A stretch of 64,000 bases of DNA from Heteronotia binoei (Eukaryota): assembly GCF_032191835.1 (NCBI RefSeq), contig NC_083227.1, forward strand, positions 39,928,001 through 39,992,000, given 5' to 3'. How positions within the stretch are numbered: the first letter of the stretch is position 1; the number at the start of each line of letters is the position of its first letter. The notes beneath the pieces are model-generated. The model was not told the origin of the DNA. It saw only the letters and a list, made by a program, of their open reading frames with translations, and did no database searches. Shown in pieces: positions 59,746-64,000 of the stretch. Both the position numbers and the translations under genes were made by a program.

Positions 59746-61324
59746 ACAAAGAAAGCACTTTTAAGATCAATGAAGTTTTATTCAAGGTATGAGCTTTTTG
59801 CCTTGCTACACACACACACACACAGAGAGAGAGTTTTGTTGAGCTTGTTATGTCAGGGCTCTCCTGGGTTCGACTGGGTTTCCCTCCTCTTTTTTACTGT
59901 ATTCATGCGTTCATGATTCAGTTTTTTTTCAGCAAGAAAGCTATGTGAACTATTTAGATGAGGGATAACATCAAGCCAGTGAGGTGGATTAGGCTGAGAG
60001 CGTGTGTCCAGACCAAGTTCACCCAGCACATTTCCTTTTTAGACTGGGGATTTTGAACTTAAGACGTACCAGATAGTAGGCTGATACTGACCACTGTACT
60101 TACTGGTACTTTCTTTTCTTGCACTGCCACATAGGAGTTGTAATTATTTCTCTGGGAAAGACTATAGTTTTGTATACAGCCCTCAGTCTATGTCATGGTG
60201 CCTTCACATGTTCTTGGCCAGCACACGAAGCAACTTATGTATAAAAGCTCACAATGCGCAGCCATTTCATGTCCCCCCCCTTAAGTCTTAGGTTCAAAGC
60301 ATTGATTTCTGTAATGAATGTCACTTAATCAAAAGTAGGCTTCCAACTCATAGGTACACACCTGCATAACATACTCAAGATTGCTACAGCACAGACATTG
60401 CCTCCAGATTTTGATGTAATAATTCAGAGCAAGATCTGTTAAATAAAATGTTGCAAGAATGTTAATGTTTTGAATTTTAAAAAATCTTTAATTGTGTTTG
60501 TCTGTATCATTTATATAAAGTTTATATCTCTGCTACCTGGCATTTCATTTTATGACAAAGTCTCATTTATGTCAGATCCGTCCCTCATAACAAATGAGTT
60601 TGACACTTCTGCTTTAACTCTACTCTGACCCCCTCCTGGGTCACATGCCTAGTAACAGGGTCACATCAGTAACTGACATCACTAGCCAGAGATCTGATTG
60701 GTCAGTGGGGCCCTAGATCACATTGGATCTTTGGCCATAAAAGTTTAGCCTTTACAATCTGTTGCTGGCTGCCAACAATGGCTATCTAGCCTTTTGGGTA
60801 TACAGTTCAAGACAGAAGTCAGACTAATACAGTGACAATAATGAGTAAGAGTAGACAGATAGAAAACAAGGTATCTTTACTGGAAGTTATAACAATCAGG
60901 GCCCTTTCCAGTGAAGTGACCTGATAATGTGACAAGTTAGCAACTGTAACATGCAATCTATCAGTTTGTGAAGGGGGTCAGAAAATTTTGGGAACATGGA
61001 CTGTCTGACTGATCTCCATTGCACTAGAAGCCTATGACAGCCAACTGGACTGGTCAATGTAAAGGGAGAGTCACTGCAAGTGACTAATTAAACTGAGGAC
61101 GTGCAAAGAGGTTTACATATATATCCCACATGTTCCAATAACACCCCCCCCCCCTTGGTATCCATGCTTCATAGGGGACACTGGGAAGATGCCCTCATTA
61201 TGTCAGCCGCTGATATTAGGGCTCCCTTGTGCTGTGGTTATGTTACAGCACACCATCATACCAAAGCAAACTACAAAATGGACACTGCTGCAGCCTTGTA
61301 ACTAACCCTTTGCATTTTTAACTC

Positions 61325-61586
61325 AAGGAGGAGGAGGAATTGGATTTATACCCCACCCTCCTCTCGGAGTCTCAGAGTGACCTACAATTTCTCTCCTTGC
61401 AACAGACACTCTGTGAGGTAGGTGGGGCTGAGAGAGCTCTCAGAGAACTGCCCTTGAGAGAACAGCTCTGTGGGAACTATGGATGACCCAAGGTCACCCA
61501 GCAGCTGCATGTGGACAAGTGGGGAATCAAACCCGGTTCTCCCAGATTGGGGTCCATGCTCTTAACTGATACACCAAACTGGCTCC
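61325..61586 (-). mobile_element. Squam3-type SINE
   Basis: Aligns with 8793-9072. Confidence 0.8.
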
Positions 61587-62179
61587 CAATATAGAAGAAT
61601 GATGATGACTACTAAAAGAAGAGTGGTAGTGGGCACACTCACCAACAACTACAAGGAAGGATGTCAAAAGCAAAGTTTAGAGTGCAAAGTTAAGAAATTT
61701 TGATTATCACTCAGTTAAAGTAGGAAAATAATATTAACAGAAGAAGGCTTTCTTTTGAATGCTAACCTAGCCATCACTCTCCCTCACTTTCCAACCACAG
61801 GACACTGAGAGAAGTCATGCAGACAGAAACTCACCTACTTTAGGGGCCAGTAAAAGATTACCCCTTTGTTACATATGCTTGTAACTTCAGGGGCCTTGAG
61901 AGGACAGGAAGGACTATGTTCCATGCAACTTTGGTGCTGTTATCTTCAAAAACTGCTGCCACAAACCATTGAAGGGTGTGTCCATTGTAAATAGTGGAGT
62001 CTGGCGTTCATGTGCACAGAAATTCGCCTGCTTCAAGGGTCTGTAAATCAGAATCCCTTTGTTATATATTCTTGTAACTTGTTATATGTGCGTGTGCGTG
62101 TTGAGAATAGGAGGACTATGTTTTGTGCAAATCTGGTACCATTATCTTTAAAAACTGCTGCCACCAAATCTTGAATTTG

Positions 62180-63716
62180 TTGTCAATTGAAAACAATGGC
62201 CCCAAAAATCTGGAACCCAGAAAAACACAATTGATTGATAAACTGATTGATGAATTAAAAACTAATAAGTCACCAGGTCCGGGTAGCATACCTCCAAGAG
62301 TTCTGAAAGAACTCAAAGTCGAACTTGTGGATCTCCTGACAAAAATATGTAATCTTTCATTGAAATCTGCCTCTATTCCTGAGGACTGGAAGGTAGCAAA
62401 TGTTACCCCCATCTTTAAAAAGGGTTCCAGAGGAGATCCGGGAAATTACAGGCCAGTCAGTCTGACTTCAGTAATGGGAAAGTTGGTAGAAACCATTATC
62501 AAGGACAGAATGAGTAGGCACATTGATGAACACAAGTTATTGAGGAAGACTCAGCATGGGTTCTGAAAGGGAAGATCTTGCCGCACTAACCTATTACAGT
62601 TCTTTGAGGGGGTGAACAAACATGTGGACAAAGCGGACCCAATAGAAGTTGTTTACCTTGACTTCCAGAAAGCTTTTGATAAAGTTCCTCATCAAAGGCT
62701 CCTTAGTAAGCTCGAGAGTCATAGAATAAAAGGACAAGTCCTTTTGTGGATCAAAAACTGGCTAATTAATAGGAAGCAGACCTAAAAAGGCCAACGACAT
62801 GCTGGGAATTATTAGGAAGGGAATTGAAAACAAATCAGCCAGTATCATAAGGCCCCTGTATAAACTGATGGTGCGGTCTCATTTGGAGTACTGTGTGCAG
62901 TTCTGGTCGCCGCACCTCAAAAAGGATATTATAGCATTGGAGAAAGTCCAGAAAAGAGCAACTAGAATGATTAAAGGGCTGGAATACTTTCCCTATGAAG
63001 AAAGGTTGAAACGCTTGGGACTCTTTAGCTTGGAGAAACGTCGACTGCGGGGTGACATGATAGAGGTTTACAAGATAATGCATGGGATGGAGAAAGTAGA
63101 GAAAGAAGTACTTTTCTCCCTTTCTCACAATACAAGAACTCTTAGGCATTCGATGAAATTGCTGAGCAGACAGGTTAAAACGGATAAAAGGAAGTACTTC
63201 TTCACCCAAAGGGTGATTAACATGTGGAATTCACTGCCACAGGAGGTGGTGGCAGCCACAAGCATAGCCACCTTCAAGAGGGGTTTAGATAAAAAAAATG
63301 GAGCAGAGGTCCATCAGTGGCTATTAGCCACAGTTTGTGTGTGTGTGTGTAATTTTTTTGCCACTGTGTGACACAGAGTGTTGGACTGGATGGGCCATTG
63401 GCCTGATCTAACATGGCTTCTCTTATGTTCAGAGAGTGAGTATAAATGGGCAGTCTTCGCAGTGGAGAACAGTAAGCACTGGGGTGCCTCAGGGCTCAGT
63501 ACTTGGTCCCATGGTCTTTAAAGTGTTCATTAATAATTTGAAGTTGGGAGTGAGCAGTGAAGTGGCCAAGTTTGCAGATGACACTAAATTGTTCAGGGTG
63601 GTGAGAACCAGAGACGATTGTGAGGTACTCCAAAGGGATCTGTTGAGGCTCGGTGAGTGGGCGTCAACGTGGCAGATGAGTTTCAATGTGGTCAGGTGCA
63701 AAGTAATGCACATTGG
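62180..63716 (+). mobile_element. CR1 LINE ORF2 3' half with permuted segments
   Basis: NKSPGPG, DWKVANVTPIFKKG, NYRPVSLTS, DFQKAFDK (62180-62780); C-terminus and tail (62785-63430); then the SINGQSSQW...FADD...MHIG segment (63431-63716). Confidence 0.9.
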
Positions 63717-64000
63717 GGATCATTTCAGGACTTCCAGTTTCGGCAATACGTGTTTAGAAGTGGCTCGGACTGGCACGTCCAGAACCGTTTCTAAATCGGA
63801 CTGTTTGAGGGGTCGCCCACGAAGGACAATTCGACTCTGAGGCCCAGGAAGGGTCCCAGAAGGCAGGGTGCTTGAGTAGTAGAATGGGGGTGTCAGTGGA
63901 GTTGGCTGCCCCCCAATCCCGCTTGCTCCTAGCTTCATCGCACTGATCGCCATTTTTAAATGGCAAGAGGGTTGACCGCCAGCTTCTCTTCTTCTTCTTG

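Overview
Eukaryotic (vertebrate) genomic DNA, not prokaryotic. The repeat content (Sauria SINEs, Squam3-type SINEs, CR1, L2, L1/Tx1, RTE-BovB, Penelope-like and Gypsy elements, hAT-type MITEs) points to a squamate, most likely a gecko (inference). Most ORFs in the six-frame track are spurious or TE-derived; the real genes are spliced and were assembled by hand. On the minus strand: PPP1R11 (3 coding exons, 132 aa; 13056->3461) and POLR1H/ZNRD1 (4 coding exons, 121 aa; 23467->16613, plus a likely non-coding first exon ending at 25624). On the plus strand: two paralogous class II olfactory receptors of the OR2-like type (33862-34815 and 56475-57410), each with a homologous upstream exon. This gene set matches the framework of the mammalian MHC class I / extended class I region, but no class I genes were seen between POLR1H and the ORs. 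About 15 kb of nested TEs separate the ORs: a Gypsy lacking RT inside a CR1 tail, and a Penelope element split by an L1 that itself holds an L2 and a SINE. Best leads: (1) the two ORs use different reading-frame starts because of a 1-nt indel, and OR-1 has an in-frame coding 5' exon; (2) compact MHC-framework synteny; (3) hammerhead-ribozyme-like motifs flanking OR-2; (4) a CpG-rich palindromic hAT MITE in POLR1H intron 1; (5) a nested foldback element upstream of PPP1R11; (6) a C/D-box snoRNA-like motif next to the POLR1H promoter. I found no evidence for a wholly new multi-gene system. TE boundaries are approximate unless a TSD or TIR is quoted.
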